DNA of 64,000 nucleotides, from contig JBGARZ010000008.1 of the NCBI GenBank assembly GCA_044229975.1, forward strand, positions 32,001-96,000. Direction: 5' to 3'. The translations under genes were made by a program, and so were the position numbers. This DNA is from Polyangiales bacterium (GTDB lineage Bacteria; Myxococcota_A; Polyangia; Polyangiales; Ga0077539). The notes below the pieces were generated by a model. The model saw only the letters and a program-made list of their open reading frames with translations, did no database searches and was not told where the DNA came from. Below are positions 9,659-20,812 of this stretch, piece by piece (position 1 is the stretch's first letter; each line of letters begins with the position of its first letter).

Positions 9659-11470
9659 CTACTGCAAGGTGACGCGGGCCGTCACCTCTTCTCCCAACTC
9701 TGGCACCCACTGTTTCTCGTACGCCCGGACAAAGTTTGTCTCGTCGTCGTCGAGCAGGGCGCCGTCGATGAGTCGCTTGTCCAGTGGGGCGAAAGTCAGC
9801 GGAACGACCCGGAGGTACCCCGGCGCATCACCGTCTTCGACCACCGTGCAGAGGTTCTCGATGCGCACCCCGCCAACCCCTTCGACGTAGAGCCCCGGCT
9901 CGATGGAGAACACATGCCCCGGCTCCAGCGTCGCGGTGGCGGTCTTCCCGATGGAGGGCGGCGCCTCGTGGACGTTGATGCCCACGCCGTGGCCCGTGCC
10001 GTGGGCGTAGTCCTGGCCCTCGCGCCAGAGGGGTCGCCGGGTGATGCCATCGAGCTGCGCGCCGGAGGCGTTCTTGGGGATTCGCGCGGTCATGCCGGCG
10101 ATGGCGGCCTTGAGGGTAAGGGTATAGAGCCGCTGCTGCGCGGGGGTCGGGGAAGCTTCGGGGCCGCCGACGAAGAAGGTGCGGGTGAGGTCGGTGGCGA
10201 AGCCCTCCTCGAAGTAGCAGCCCGTGTCGAGGAGCATGAGCTCACCCGCGCGGATGACGGCTTCGTCGCTCGGCGGGTGGTGCACCGACGCGCCGTTGAC
10301 CCCGAAGGCCGAGATCACCCTGAACGACAACCCCACCGCGCCGGCCGCGCGAAACAGCCGCTCGACCTGCGCGGCGAAGCCCGTTTCGGTGACGCGCTCG
10401 CCCTGCGCCACGTGATGGTTGAGCCACGTCTGGGCCCGGTCGACGACCTGGTCGGCGCGGCCCAGCGCGCGCTTCATCGCGTCGAGCTCGGGCGGGGTCT
10501 TCTTCGCCTTCGCGGCGACCACGGGCGAGGTCGTCGCCAGCACGTCGAGGCCGAGGGCGTCGACGCGGTCGCGCAGTCCTGACGAGACGCTGGCGGGGTC
10601 GAGCGCCACGCGCGCCTTGCGTCCGTCGCGGGGGAGCGCCGAGAGCAGCGACCACAGCGCCGCGTCGTCGACGAAGCGGATGGAGGGTCGGGCGGCGCGC
10701 ACCGCGTCGGTCACGGGCGCGACGCGCACCGACAGGTAGAGGGCGTCGCGGGTGACGACGCCGAGCGCGCGAAACGTCGCTTGATAGGGCATCTCCTGGC
10801 CGCGCAGGTTGGAGAGCCACGCGAGCTCGTCGAGCTTCGTGACGAGGAGGGCGTCGGCGCTCTTCTTCTTGAGCCACGCGGCGACGAGGTCGACCTTCTC
10901 GTCGACGGTGCGGCCGAGGGACGACTCGTCGACCACGCGGAGCTCCCCGCTGCCAGTGACGGTGGGAGCGACCGGACCACGCGCGCGGACGAGCGGCGAT
11001 GTCTCGGGCACGACCCAACGGATGGCCGCGCCGGCGAGCTCCTGACGGAAGGCGTTGAAGGTGTTGACGGCGTAGTGATGGGGTTCGTACGCGACGGCGA
11101 GGGTGGCGCCCTCGGGGAGCGCAGCGACGAGGTCGGCGAGGGTGTTGGCGCAGGCGGTCTCGTTGGCGAGGCCGAGGGGGTTCTTCACCGGGGTCCAGAG
11201 CGCGAGGTCGAGCTCGAGGTCGGCCTGGACGTGGTAGCGACCGTCGACGAAGAGCCACGCGCGGTCGAGGGTCACGAGCGCGTCGCCGAGGCTGCCGGTG
11301 AAGCCCGACAGCCACACGCGTCCGCTCTCCGCCTCCGGAACATACTCGCTCAGGTAATCGTCGGTGCCCCGCACGATCAGCGCGTCGACCTTCCCATCCG
11401 CCATCGCGGCGCGCACCCGCGCCAACCGCTCCGCCATCTCCGTGGTGCTCATCGCCGCGGACGGTATCAC
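9659..11470 (-). CDS. Aminopeptidase P (M24B) family
   Basis: SGFTGS, DGRY creatinase-like N-domain; LLDTG, TDLTRT, HGTGHGVG..VHE, SIEPGLY, GVRIEN. True start may be 11452. Confidence 0.92.
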   Translation of the reverse strand: MIPSAAMSTTEMAERLARVRAAMADGKVDALIVRGTDDYLSEYVPEAESGRVWLSGFTGSLGDALVTLDRAWLFVDGRYHVQADLELDLALWTPVKNPLGLANETACANTLADLVAALPEGATLAVAYEPHHYAVNTFNAFRQELAGAAIRWVVPETSPLVRARGPVAPTVTGSGELRVVDESSLGRTVDEKVDLVAAWLKKKSADALLVTKLDELAWLSNLRGQEMPYQATFRALGVVTRDALYLSVRVAPVTDAVRAARPSIRFVDDAALWSLLSALPRDGRKARVALDPASVSSGLRDRVDALGLDVLATTSPVVAAKAKKTPPELDAMKRALGRADQVVDRAQTWLNHHVAQGERVTETGFAAQVERLFRAAGAVGLSFRVISAFGVNGASVHHPPSDEAVIRAGELMLLDTGCYFEEGFATDLTRTFFVGGPEASPTPAQQRLYTLTLKAAIAGMTARIPKNASGAQLDGITRRPLWREGQDYAHGTGHGVGINVHEAPPSIGKTATATLEPGHVFSIEPGLYVEGVGGVRIENLCTVVEDGDAPGYLRVVPLTFAPLDKRLIDGALLDDDETNFVRAYEKQWVPELGEEVTARVTLQ

Positions 11471-11548
11471 CGCCCCGACGACCCAGAGGAGTCGGAGAGA
11501 CCGAGCGCGCCCCTCGTGCGTCCATGGCGGGCAGAGAGGAGTTTCCCA

Positions 11549-11809
11549 ATGTTCATGTCCCGCGTGTGTTCATCTCTGCTTGGCGCGATGGTGCTCGTCC
11601 CAACCCTCGCGTCGGCCCAACCACCCCCAGGCCCGACGCCCACGTCGCGCGACCAGACCTTCACCTTCGATGACCAGCTCGTGGAGGGGTCTCTGCTGCG
11701 ACCCGATCAGGCCACGGTGCGAGGGCGCGTCCGTCACAACGGCCCGTCGCTCATCCGCCACCGCGCGCACTTCGTCCCCGAGATGCTCCGCTCTGCCGAG
11801 CGGCTGTAG
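11549..11809 (+). CDS. CglF/GltF-like small secreted gliding-motility protein
   Basis: Signal peptide (..ASAQ) then FTFDDQLVEGSLLRPD..SLIRHRAHFVPEMLRSAERL, resembling the myxobacterial CglF/GltF C-terminal pattern. Confidence 0.7.
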   Translation: MFMSRVCSSLLGAMVLVPTLASAQPPPGPTPTSRDQTFTFDDQLVEGSLLRPDQATVRGRVRHNGPSLIRHRAHFVPEMLRSAERL

Positions 11810-11882
11810 ACAAGCTCCAACGATGGGCAGCGCCCCCCCGCTTCGCTCCGGGTGAGGAGCGTTGAGCGGACGTGGGCGCCGC

Positions 11883-13571
<1,689 letters not shown>

Positions 13572-13775
13572 CGCTCCCTGCGCATGTGACGCGGGAGTGT
13601 ACGACAGCTTGGTCGCCAGCCGGGCAACTCGTGACGTCGCCGCCGCCACCGCCGCCACCGCCGCCACTGGCGGCGGCCCGGATGGCGACCATCCCAACGC
13701 TTGAAAACAAGCATAATTCGTCGCCCCGCGCGCTGGCACGCCTCGTGGTGAATCCCCCTCCCGGAGGAACCACCC

Positions 13776-15287
13776 TTGTTAGCTACCACCCACGCCAGCA
13801 CCCTCATCGGCCTCGACTCGCACCCCGTCCAGGTGGAGGTCGACATCGCCCGCGGCCTGCCCGCCTTCGACCTCGTCGGCCTCGCCGAGGTGGCAGTGCG
13901 CGAGTCCCGCACCCGCGTCCGCGCCGCCATGGAGCAGGCGGGCTACCCCTTCCCCCTGCGCAGGGTGACGGTGAACCTCGCGCCCGCCGACGTGAAGAAG
14001 GCCGGCACGGGCTTCGACCTCGCCATCGCCGTCGCGACGCTCGCGGCCTCGGGCGACTGCCCCGCCGAGGGGCTCGACGGCTGGCTCATGCTCGGGGAGC
14101 TCTCGCTCACCGGCAGCGTGCGCCCGGTGCGAGGAATACTCCCCCAGGTATTGGCCGCCCGCGACCGGGGCATGCGCGGCGCCATCGTCCCCATCGAGAA
14201 CGGCGCCGAGGCCGCGGTGGTGGAGGGGATCGAGGTGCGCGGGGCCGAGACGCTGCGCGGCGTGTGCGAATTTCTGTGCGGGCGCGGTGAGCTCCAGCGC
14301 ATCGACCCGACGCGGGTGGCCGACTTCGCGACCAGCGACGCGGAGGAGCTGCTCGATCTCATCGACGTTCGCGGGCAGTCGCACGCCAAGCGCGCGCTGG
14401 AGATCGCGGCGACGGGCGGGCACAACGTGATGCTCATGGGCCCGCCGGGCGGCGGGAAGACGATGCTCGCGCGGGTGCTGCCGACGCTGCTGCCGCCGCT
14501 CACGTTTCGCGAGGCGATGGAGGTGACGGCGGTGCACTCCGTCGCGGGCTCGCTGCGACCGGGCGTGGCGCTGTTGAAGGACCGACCGTTTCGCGCGCCG
14601 CATCACACGGCGAGCGCGGCGGGGCTGGCGGGCGGTGGGGATCCGCCGCGGCCGGGGGAGATCGCGCTGGCGCACAACGGGGTGCTCTTCCTCGACGAGC
14701 TGCCGGAGTTTCCGCGCGAGAGCCTGGAGGCGCTGCGCGAGCCGTTGGAGGAAGGGCACATCACCATCGTGCGGGCGCGCTCGCGGGCGAGGTACCCGGC
14801 GAGGTTCACGTTGGTGGCGGCGATGAACCCCTGCCCGTGTGGCTACGCGGGCGACCCGTCGGACCGCTGCGACTGCTCCGAGGAGCGCGTGAAGCGCTAC
14901 CGCGGCCGCATCTCCGGTCCGTTGATGGATCGTATCGACCTGTTGGTTCCGCTACCGCCGGTGCGGGCGGCGCAGTTGACGGAGGGGGCGTCGGGGCCGT
15001 CGAGCGGGGAGGTGCGGGCGCGTGTTGCCGCCGGGCGAGCGATGGCCGTGGCGCGAAGCGGGGACTGCAACGCGCGACTCAACGTGCGGCAACTGCGGGA
15101 GGTGGCGGCGCTCGACGCGATGAGCACGCGACTGCTGACGGACGCGAGCGACCGGCTGGGGCTGAGCGCGCGGGCGATTCATCGGGTGATGAAGCTGGCG
15201 AGGACGATCGCCGACCTGGATGGGAGCGGCGCGGTGATGGCGCACCACCTCGCGGAGGCCATCGGGTATCGGGTGACGGAGGCGTAG
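13776..15287 (+). CDS. comM: YifB/ComM Mg-chelatase-like AAA+ ATPase
   Basis: VNLAPADVKKAGTGFDLAIA, GPPGGGKTML, PFRAPHH, GVLFLDELPEF, AAMNPCPCG, SGPLMDRID. Reading frame intact. Confidence 0.93.
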   Translation: MLATTHASTLIGLDSHPVQVEVDIARGLPAFDLVGLAEVAVRESRTRVRAAMEQAGYPFPLRRVTVNLAPADVKKAGTGFDLAIAVATLAASGDCPAEGLDGWLMLGELSLTGSVRPVRGILPQVLAARDRGMRGAIVPIENGAEAAVVEGIEVRGAETLRGVCEFLCGRGELQRIDPTRVADFATSDAEELLDLIDVRGQSHAKRALEIAATGGHNVMLMGPPGGGKTMLARVLPTLLPPLTFREAMEVTAVHSVAGSLRPGVALLKDRPFRAPHHTASAAGLAGGGDPPRPGEIALAHNGVLFLDELPEFPRESLEALREPLEEGHITIVRARSRARYPARFTLVAAMNPCPCGYAGDPSDRCDCSEERVKRYRGRISGPLMDRIDLLVPLPPVRAAQLTEGASGPSSGEVRARVAAGRAMAVARSGDCNARLNVRQLREVAALDAMSTRLLTDASDRLGLSARAIHRVMKLARTIADLDGSGAVMAHHLAEAIGYRVTEA

Positions 15288-15317
15288 GGGATGGACGGCG
15301 TGCGACGGGGCAGTGGC

Positions 15318-15405
15318 CGGAGTTCGCGTGGGCCCATGCGTCGGCGTGCAGTCGCTCACTCCGGGCTATTTCACGCGGTCACCCCGCTGCGCGGGGTTGC
15401 GGGGA
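15318..15405. repeat. Left 88-bp arm of the inverted repeat flanking the Y1 transposase (REP-like)
   Basis: Reverse complement of 15828-15915 with 6 mismatches in 88 nt; internal hairpin ACCCCGC-TGC-GCGGGGT at 15381-15397. Confidence 0.9.
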
Positions 15406-15421
15406 TTGGAGGGTTGAGTCG

Positions 15422-15862
15422 ATGACGACGTCGTACACCCGTCTGTATGTGCACCTGGTCTGGGGGACCTTCGAGCGCGCGCCCGCGCTGGATGCGCCAA
15501 GAGCGCGACGGGTTCATGGACTTCTCGATCGCATCTGCCTGGCGCGCGATTGTCAGGCCTACGCGGTCGGAGGCGTCGAGGATCACGTCCATGTGCTGGT
15601 CGCATTGCATCAGTCGGTGGCAGTCGCCGACCTCGTGCGGGCGCTGAAGGTCGGGACCTCGCAGTTCGTCGCCCGCCGACTGAACGTCCCGGGCTTCTCC
15701 TGGCAGGAGGGATACGGCGCCTACTCGATCCGGGACGAGGACTGCGAGACCGTCCGTCGCTACGTCCGCGAGCAGCCGCTCCACCACGCGCGCCAGACTC
15801 TCATCGACGTGCTGGAGCGCACCGAAGTCCCTGCAACCCCGCGCAGCGGGGTGACCACGTGA
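15422..15862 (+). CDS. tnpA: IS200/IS605-type Y1 (HUH) transposase, REP-associated (RAYT-like)
   Basis: LYVHLVWGT, HUH motif DHVH, WQEGYGAYS, catalytic YxxxQ (YVREQ); no tnpB adjacent; stop codon lies inside the right repeat. Confidence 0.9.
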   Translation: MTTSYTRLYVHLVWGTFERAPALDAPRARRVHGLLDRICLARDCQAYAVGGVEDHVHVLVALHQSVAVADLVRALKVGTSQFVARRLNVPGFSWQEGYGAYSIRDEDCETVRRYVREQPLHHARQTLIDVLERTEVPATPRSGVTT

Positions 15863-15915
15863 AATAGCCCGGAGTGAGCGACTGCACATCGACGCACGGG
15901 ACCACGCGAACTCCG
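15828..15915. repeat. Right 88-bp arm of the inverted repeat flanking the Y1 transposase
   Basis: TCCCTGCAACCCCGCGCAGCGGGGTGACCACGTGAAATAGCCCGGAGTGAGCGACTGCAC..CACGCGAACTCCG, inverted copy of 15318-15405. Confidence 0.9.
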
Positions 15916-15922
15916 CCCTCTC

Positions 15923-16555
15923 CTACCGAGCCGCTCGCACCGCCGCGAGCACCTCGGTCGAGTGCCCGTCCACGCTCACGTCCGGAAACACCCGCGCCAC
16001 GTGACCGTCGCGCCCGATGACCACCGTCGTCCGCGCGGTGAACCCCGCCCGCACTGGAACCCCGAACGCACCCGCCAGACGACCCTCGGTGTCCGCGATG
16101 AGCCCGTAGGGCAGCTGGTGGTTCTGCGCGAAGCCGCGGTGCGAGTCCGCCGCGTCGGTGCTCACGCCGAAGATCTCCGCCCCCGCCTCCGTGTACGCCG
16201 AGTACGCGTCGCGGAACGAGCACGCCTCCCGCGTGCACCCCGGCGTCTCGTCGCGCGGGTAGAAGTACAACACCAGCACCCGCTCGCGGGCGCCGCCGTT
16301 GCTCTCCACCCGGTGGCCATCGTGTGCGGTCGCCACGAAGCTCGGCGCGGCGTCACCCTGCGCGATGAGCGCCTCGCGCGCGGGCGAGGTCACCGTCAGC
16401 GACGCCGCAGCCGTCGGCGCCGCAGGCGCAGCGGTCGGCGCAGGCGTGTTGCTGTGAGCCGTCGCCGTCGTTGGCGTGGCGGCCGCCGGGCTCGGCGCGC
16501 GCGAACACCCCATCACCACCAGACACCCGCCCAGCACCATCGTCGTCGTCTTCAT
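15923..16555 (-). CDS. Peroxiredoxin (BCP/AhpC-TSA), probable lipoprotein
   Basis: YFYPRDETPGCTREACSFRD; N-terminal VVMGC lipobox-like motif and Ala/Pro/Thr linker. Confidence 0.88.
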   Translation of the reverse strand: MKTTTMVLGGCLVVMGCSRAPSPAAATPTTATAHSNTPAPTAAPAAPTAAASLTVTSPAREALIAQGDAAPSFVATAHDGHRVESNGGARERVLVLYFYPRDETPGCTREACSFRDAYSAYTEAGAEIFGVSTDAADSHRGFAQNHQLPYGLIADTEGRLAGAFGVPVRAGFTARTTVVIGRDGHVARVFPDVSVDGHSTEVLAAVRAAR

Positions 16556-16724
16556 GCCCGTCAGATGCAGCCCAGCACCCGCCGGGCGCAAGGCCCCCGC
16601 CGCGGGCAGTCCCCGCTTGACGCCCACCGCCCTCCGCGCGTACCGCCCGAATCGCGGCCACGGTCGGAACCACCGCGCGATGAATGGCATCGCGCCCGAC
16701 CGGCAACCGACCGAAGACCTTCGC

Positions 16725-18713
16725 ATGTGCGGCCTCGCTGGCATCTTCCACTACGCTGACCCCGACCGCCCCGTCGACCGCGCCGCGCTCACCCGCATGA
16801 CGCGCGCTCTCGCGCACCGCGGGCCCGATGGCGAGGGCTTCCACGTCGATGGTCCTCTCGGCCTCGGCCACCGCCGACTCGCCATCGTCGACCTCTCGCC
16901 CACTGGGGCCCAACCCATGCCCATCGATGGCGGCGCCTTCGTCATCGCCTACAACGGCGAGCTCTACAATCACCAGCGCTTCCGCGACTCGCTCGAGGCC
17001 CACGGCGAGACCTTCCGCGGACACTCCGACACCGAGACCCTCCTGCGCTGGGTCGCGCGCCGCGGGCCCGACGTCCTCGCCGATGCCGCAGGCATCTTCG
17101 CGTTCGCCCTCTACGACCGCTCCAATCGTCGGCTCACCCTCGCCCGTGACCCGATGGGCGTGAAGCAGCTCTACCTTCACGACGACGGCAAGCGCGTGGT
17201 CTTCGCCAGCGAGATCAAGGCGCTGCTCGCCTGTCCCGACGTCCCGCGGCGCCTCGACCCCGAGGCCATCAACGAATATCTCCACTTCCACACGCCCCTG
17301 TTCGAGCGGACCTTTCTTTCCGACATCAAGCAGCTCCGCGCCGGGGAGTACGTTCAGTTCGATGGTGGTGGGCGGCGCGCGCGGCGCTACTGGGCCGTCG
17401 ACAACTTCACCCCGCGCGGCGGAGCACCCGAGCACAACGTCGACGAGCTCCGCGCCATCCTTCAGGACGTCGTCGGCGAACAGTTGATGAGCGATGTTCC
17501 GGTGGGGTCGTTCTTCTCGGGGGGCATCGACTCGACGGCGGTGGCGGCGTGCGCGACGCGGGCGGGGGTTCGACCGCGGTGCTTCGGGGTCCACTTCACG
17601 GGCCAAGGGGTCATCGACGAGCGGCCGTATCAAGAGTCCGCCGCGAAGGCACTCGGGCTCGACCTCGACCTCATCACCCTCGACGGCTCCACCTTCCCCG
17701 AAGACATGCCCCGCCTGCTCTTCATGCAGGATCAACCCGTCATCGGACACGCCATGATCCCGATGGACGCCGTCGCGCGGCTCGCGTCGGAGCGGGTCAA
17801 GGTCTGCCTCGGGGGACAGGCCGCCGACGAGGTCTTCGGCGGATACGCACGCTACGCCCTCGCCCACCCGCTGAAGGTCGCGGCGCAGTTCGCGTCACCG
17901 TCGCAGGTGTGGCAGCGCGTCGAGCGACGGCTCCATCGCACGCCCGCGGTGAGCACTCCAGGCGCGGCACCAGCAGTCGGCGGCAACCTCTGGAAGCAGC
18001 TCACCGAGCGGCGCACCCTCGACCGCGTGGCGCGCAATCTCCGCAAGGGCCTCGGGCCGCTGCTCCGCTGGGACGAGCGCTATTTCGACAACTTCTCGAA
18101 GGTGCCGGAAGAGGCGTGGGCGGGGGTGCTGGGTGACCCGCGGGTGCTCTCCCGGTCGCGCGCGCGGCAGGTGTTTCGCGACACGCTCGCGGCCTCACCC
18201 GCCACCGACCCGGCCGACAAGCTGATGCACTGGGATCAGCAGACCTACCTCACGGGGCTCTTCCAGCAAGACGACCGCATGAGCATGGGGCACTCGCTGG
18301 AGTCGCGCGTCCCCATGGCCGACCCGCGCATGGTGCGCTTCGCGTTTCAGTCGGGCTTCGACCTGAAGTTTCGCGAGGGGGCGTCCAAGTGGATGCTGCG
18401 GCGCGCGGTGGCCGATGTGATTCCCGAGGAGGTTCTCACGCGACGCAAGGTGGGCTTCGACACGCCCGCCGAGACGTGGATGAAGGGGAAACATCGGGCG
18501 TTTGTTCGCGACACGCTCACCCGGCAACGCGCCCGCGAGCGGGGGCTCTGGGACGCGCCGGGCATGGAGCGATGGCTCGACCACACGGATGATCCGTTGT
18601 GGTTCGACGTGACGTGGAAGGTCCTCTGCATCGAGCTCTGGGCGACGCTCACCCTGGACGGGGAGTTCACCCGGTACAGCACCGCCGACGCGGGGCCGCC
18701 CCCGGTGGTGTGA
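16725..18713 (+). CDS. asnB: Asparagine synthase (glutamine-hydrolysing)-like amidotransferase, polysaccharide-associated
   Basis: N-terminal MCGLAG, HRGPDG, LGHRRLAIVD, NGELYN, SGGIDS, ADEVFGGY, SLESRVP. Confidence 0.92.
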   Translation: MCGLAGIFHYADPDRPVDRAALTRMTRALAHRGPDGEGFHVDGPLGLGHRRLAIVDLSPTGAQPMPIDGGAFVIAYNGELYNHQRFRDSLEAHGETFRGHSDTETLLRWVARRGPDVLADAAGIFAFALYDRSNRRLTLARDPMGVKQLYLHDDGKRVVFASEIKALLACPDVPRRLDPEAINEYLHFHTPLFERTFLSDIKQLRAGEYVQFDGGGRRARRYWAVDNFTPRGGAPEHNVDELRAILQDVVGEQLMSDVPVGSFFSGGIDSTAVAACATRAGVRPRCFGVHFTGQGVIDERPYQESAAKALGLDLDLITLDGSTFPEDMPRLLFMQDQPVIGHAMIPMDAVARLASERVKVCLGGQAADEVFGGYARYALAHPLKVAAQFASPSQVWQRVERRLHRTPAVSTPGAAPAVGGNLWKQLTERRTLDRVARNLRKGLGPLLRWDERYFDNFSKVPEEAWAGVLGDPRVLSRSRARQVFRDTLAASPATDPADKLMHWDQQTYLTGLFQQDDRMSMGHSLESRVPMADPRMVRFAFQSGFDLKFREGASKWMLRRAVADVIPEEVLTRRKVGFDTPAETWMKGKHRAFVRDTLTRQRARERGLWDAPGMERWLDHTDDPLWFDVTWKVLCIELWATLTLDGEFTRYSTADAGPPPVV

Positions 18714-20812
18714 GCCCAGTGAGCGTTCTTCAGCGACTGCGCGATCAGCTCCAGGAGGTGCGCGAGCTCGGCGCCGCCGGCACCGCCTTCCGCGCCGCCT
18801 GGGAACTCCGCCTGCGCTCCGGCCTCGCCCGCCGCGGCGACCACGTCGTCCACGACCCGCGGCCCGCCGTCACCTGGTTGCCGCGCCTCCCGTGGGCGCA
18901 GCCCGCTGACGTCGCTGCCGCCGTTCGACCACGCTTGTCCGATGAGGCCCTCGTCACCCTGCGCGAGCGAGCCGACGGCGCCATCCGCGGCATCGTCCAC
19001 TGCTTCGGCCGCTGGGATGGCAGCCACGGTCAGCCCTTCGACTGGCACCTCAACCCCACCAATGGCCAGCGCTGGAACCCCTCCGCCCACTGGTCTGATG
19101 CGCTCCGTGACGGCGATCGCGTGGGCGACATCAAGCTCACCTGGGAGGCCGCCCGCTTCCCGCAAGCCTTCCACCTCGCCCGCGCCGCGGCCCTCTTCCC
19201 CGCCGACCGCGACCGCTGCTTCTCGGCCTTCTCGTCGCAGGTGCGCGGCTTCCTGCGCGACAACCCATATCCGCTGGGTGTCCATTGGTTCTCCAATCAA
19301 GAAGCCACCATCCGCCTGCACGCGTGGCTCTTCGCGCTCTCGGTCTTCTCCGGCCTCTCGTGTGACGTCGGCGACCTCGCCGTCGAGGTCTCCCGCTACG
19401 CCGCGCAGGTCGGCCATCACACCGAGCGCGAGCTCCCCTACGCCGAGCGCGCCGTCTACAACAACCACCTCATCGCAGAGGCCGCCGGGCTCTTCCTCGT
19501 CGCCTGGATGCGCCCCGATCTCCCCGACGCCCGCCGCTGGCGCGAGCGCGGACTCGCGCTCCTCGATGAGCAGGCCGACCGACAGGTGTACCCCGACGGC
19601 GGCTACATCAACCTCTCGCACAACTACCACCGCGTCATCGCTCAGGACTACCTGCTCGCGTGGCGCTTTCTCCGCGCGGATGGCGTGCGCGAGATGCCAC
19701 CCTCGTGGCGCCGCGCGCTCACCACCTCATTGGACTTCCTCGTCGCCCACCAGAACCCCGCCGACGGTCGCCTGCCCAACCAGGGCGCCAACGATGGGTC
19801 ACTCCCGCGCGTGCTCTCCACCTGCGACTTCTCGGATTTCCGTCCGACGCTCCAGGCCCTCTCGCTCTGCCTCCGCGGCGAACGCCTCTACCCCGAAGGC
19901 CCCTGGGATGAAGAGGCCGCGTGGCTGCTCGGCGCCGCGGCCCTCGACGCCCCGCTGCGCGAGCCTTCTCGACGGTCGGTGAGCTTCGGCCACACCGGCT
20001 ATCACGTGCTGCGCACGGCCGACGACCCGAGCACCTTCGCGGCCTTCCGCTGCGGAACGGTGCTCGACCGCTTCGGTCAGATCGAGATGCTGCACCTCGA
20101 CGCGTGGTGGCGCGGCGAAAACGTCCTCGTCGACGGCGGAACCTATCTCTACAACGCCGACCATCGCTATCACGACCACTTCCTGCGCACCGAGAGTCAC
20201 AACACGGTCGTGGTCGATGGCCGCGACCAGATGCTCCATTTCCGGCGCTTCAAGTACCTCTACCGAACACCCGCGCGTCTGCTCCGCTTCGAGCCGCGAC
20301 CGGGCCTCACGCTCATGGTCGGTGAGCACTCGGGCTACGCGCGCTTCGACGGCGGCTGCGTCCACCGCCGCGCCGTCACCCTCCTCGACGACGGGACCAT
20401 GCTGGTCGTCGATCGCATCACCGGAACCGGCGAACACTCCGCGCGCCTGCACTGGCTCGGTGGCCCGTATCCCCACACGGCCGACGCCGAGGCTGGCGCC
20501 ATGACGCTGCACACCCCAAAAGGCGACTATGGAGTCGCCGTCTTCGATGAACGCGGGCGCTCCCTCCCAGCGACGATCGTGTCGGGACACGACGACCCGC
20601 CACGCGGCTGGCTGTCGCGCGGTTACGCCGTGAAGGAGGCCGTCCCCTCGCTCGCGGTCGAGCGGCGGGCGGCGACTCCGCTGGAGTTCGTGACGGTGCT
20701 GGGCGAAGGTCCGCTCGCGGTCACCGTCGATGGCGACCAGTGGCGGGTGACCACCGCTCGCACCACGCACCGCCTGCGCTGGCAGGACGGCGCACTGCTC
20801 AAGGCACCATGA
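18710..20812 (+). CDS. Heparinase II/III family protein
   Basis: GDIKLTWEAARF, NNHLIAEA, SHNYHRV, DGGTYLYN, SHNTVVVDG. GTG start at 18710 or 18719. Confidence 0.85.
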   Translation: MSPVSVLQRLRDQLQEVRELGAAGTAFRAAWELRLRSGLARRGDHVVHDPRPAVTWLPRLPWAQPADVAAAVRPRLSDEALVTLRERADGAIRGIVHCFGRWDGSHGQPFDWHLNPTNGQRWNPSAHWSDALRDGDRVGDIKLTWEAARFPQAFHLARAAALFPADRDRCFSAFSSQVRGFLRDNPYPLGVHWFSNQEATIRLHAWLFALSVFSGLSCDVGDLAVEVSRYAAQVGHHTERELPYAERAVYNNHLIAEAAGLFLVAWMRPDLPDARRWRERGLALLDEQADRQVYPDGGYINLSHNYHRVIAQDYLLAWRFLRADGVREMPPSWRRALTTSLDFLVAHQNPADGRLPNQGANDGSLPRVLSTCDFSDFRPTLQALSLCLRGERLYPEGPWDEEAAWLLGAAALDAPLREPSRRSVSFGHTGYHVLRTADDPSTFAAFRCGTVLDRFGQIEMLHLDAWWRGENVLVDGGTYLYNADHRYHDHFLRTESHNTVVVDGRDQMLHFRRFKYLYRTPARLLRFEPRPGLTLMVGEHSGYARFDGGCVHRRAVTLLDDGTMLVVDRITGTGEHSARLHWLGGPYPHTADAEAGAMTLHTPKGDYGVAVFDERGRSLPATIVSGHDDPPRGWLSRGYAVKEAVPSLAVERRAATPLEFVTVLGEGPLAVTVDGDQWRVTTARTTHRLRWQDGALLKAP

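Larger units (their letters stand above)
15318..15915 (+). mobile_element. REP-tnpA-REP locus (REPtron-like / IS200-like element)
   Basis: Solo HUH transposase bracketed by long palindromic inverted repeats, between convergent comM and peroxiredoxin genes. Confidence 0.75.

Noticed and set aside
13638..13677. (GCCGCCACC)x3 with a short fold-back
   Set aside because: Low-complexity GC microsatellite with no supporting evidence of function.
13776..15287. comM disrupted by an integrative element
   Set aside because: The ORF is intact; the transposase locus begins after the stop codon.
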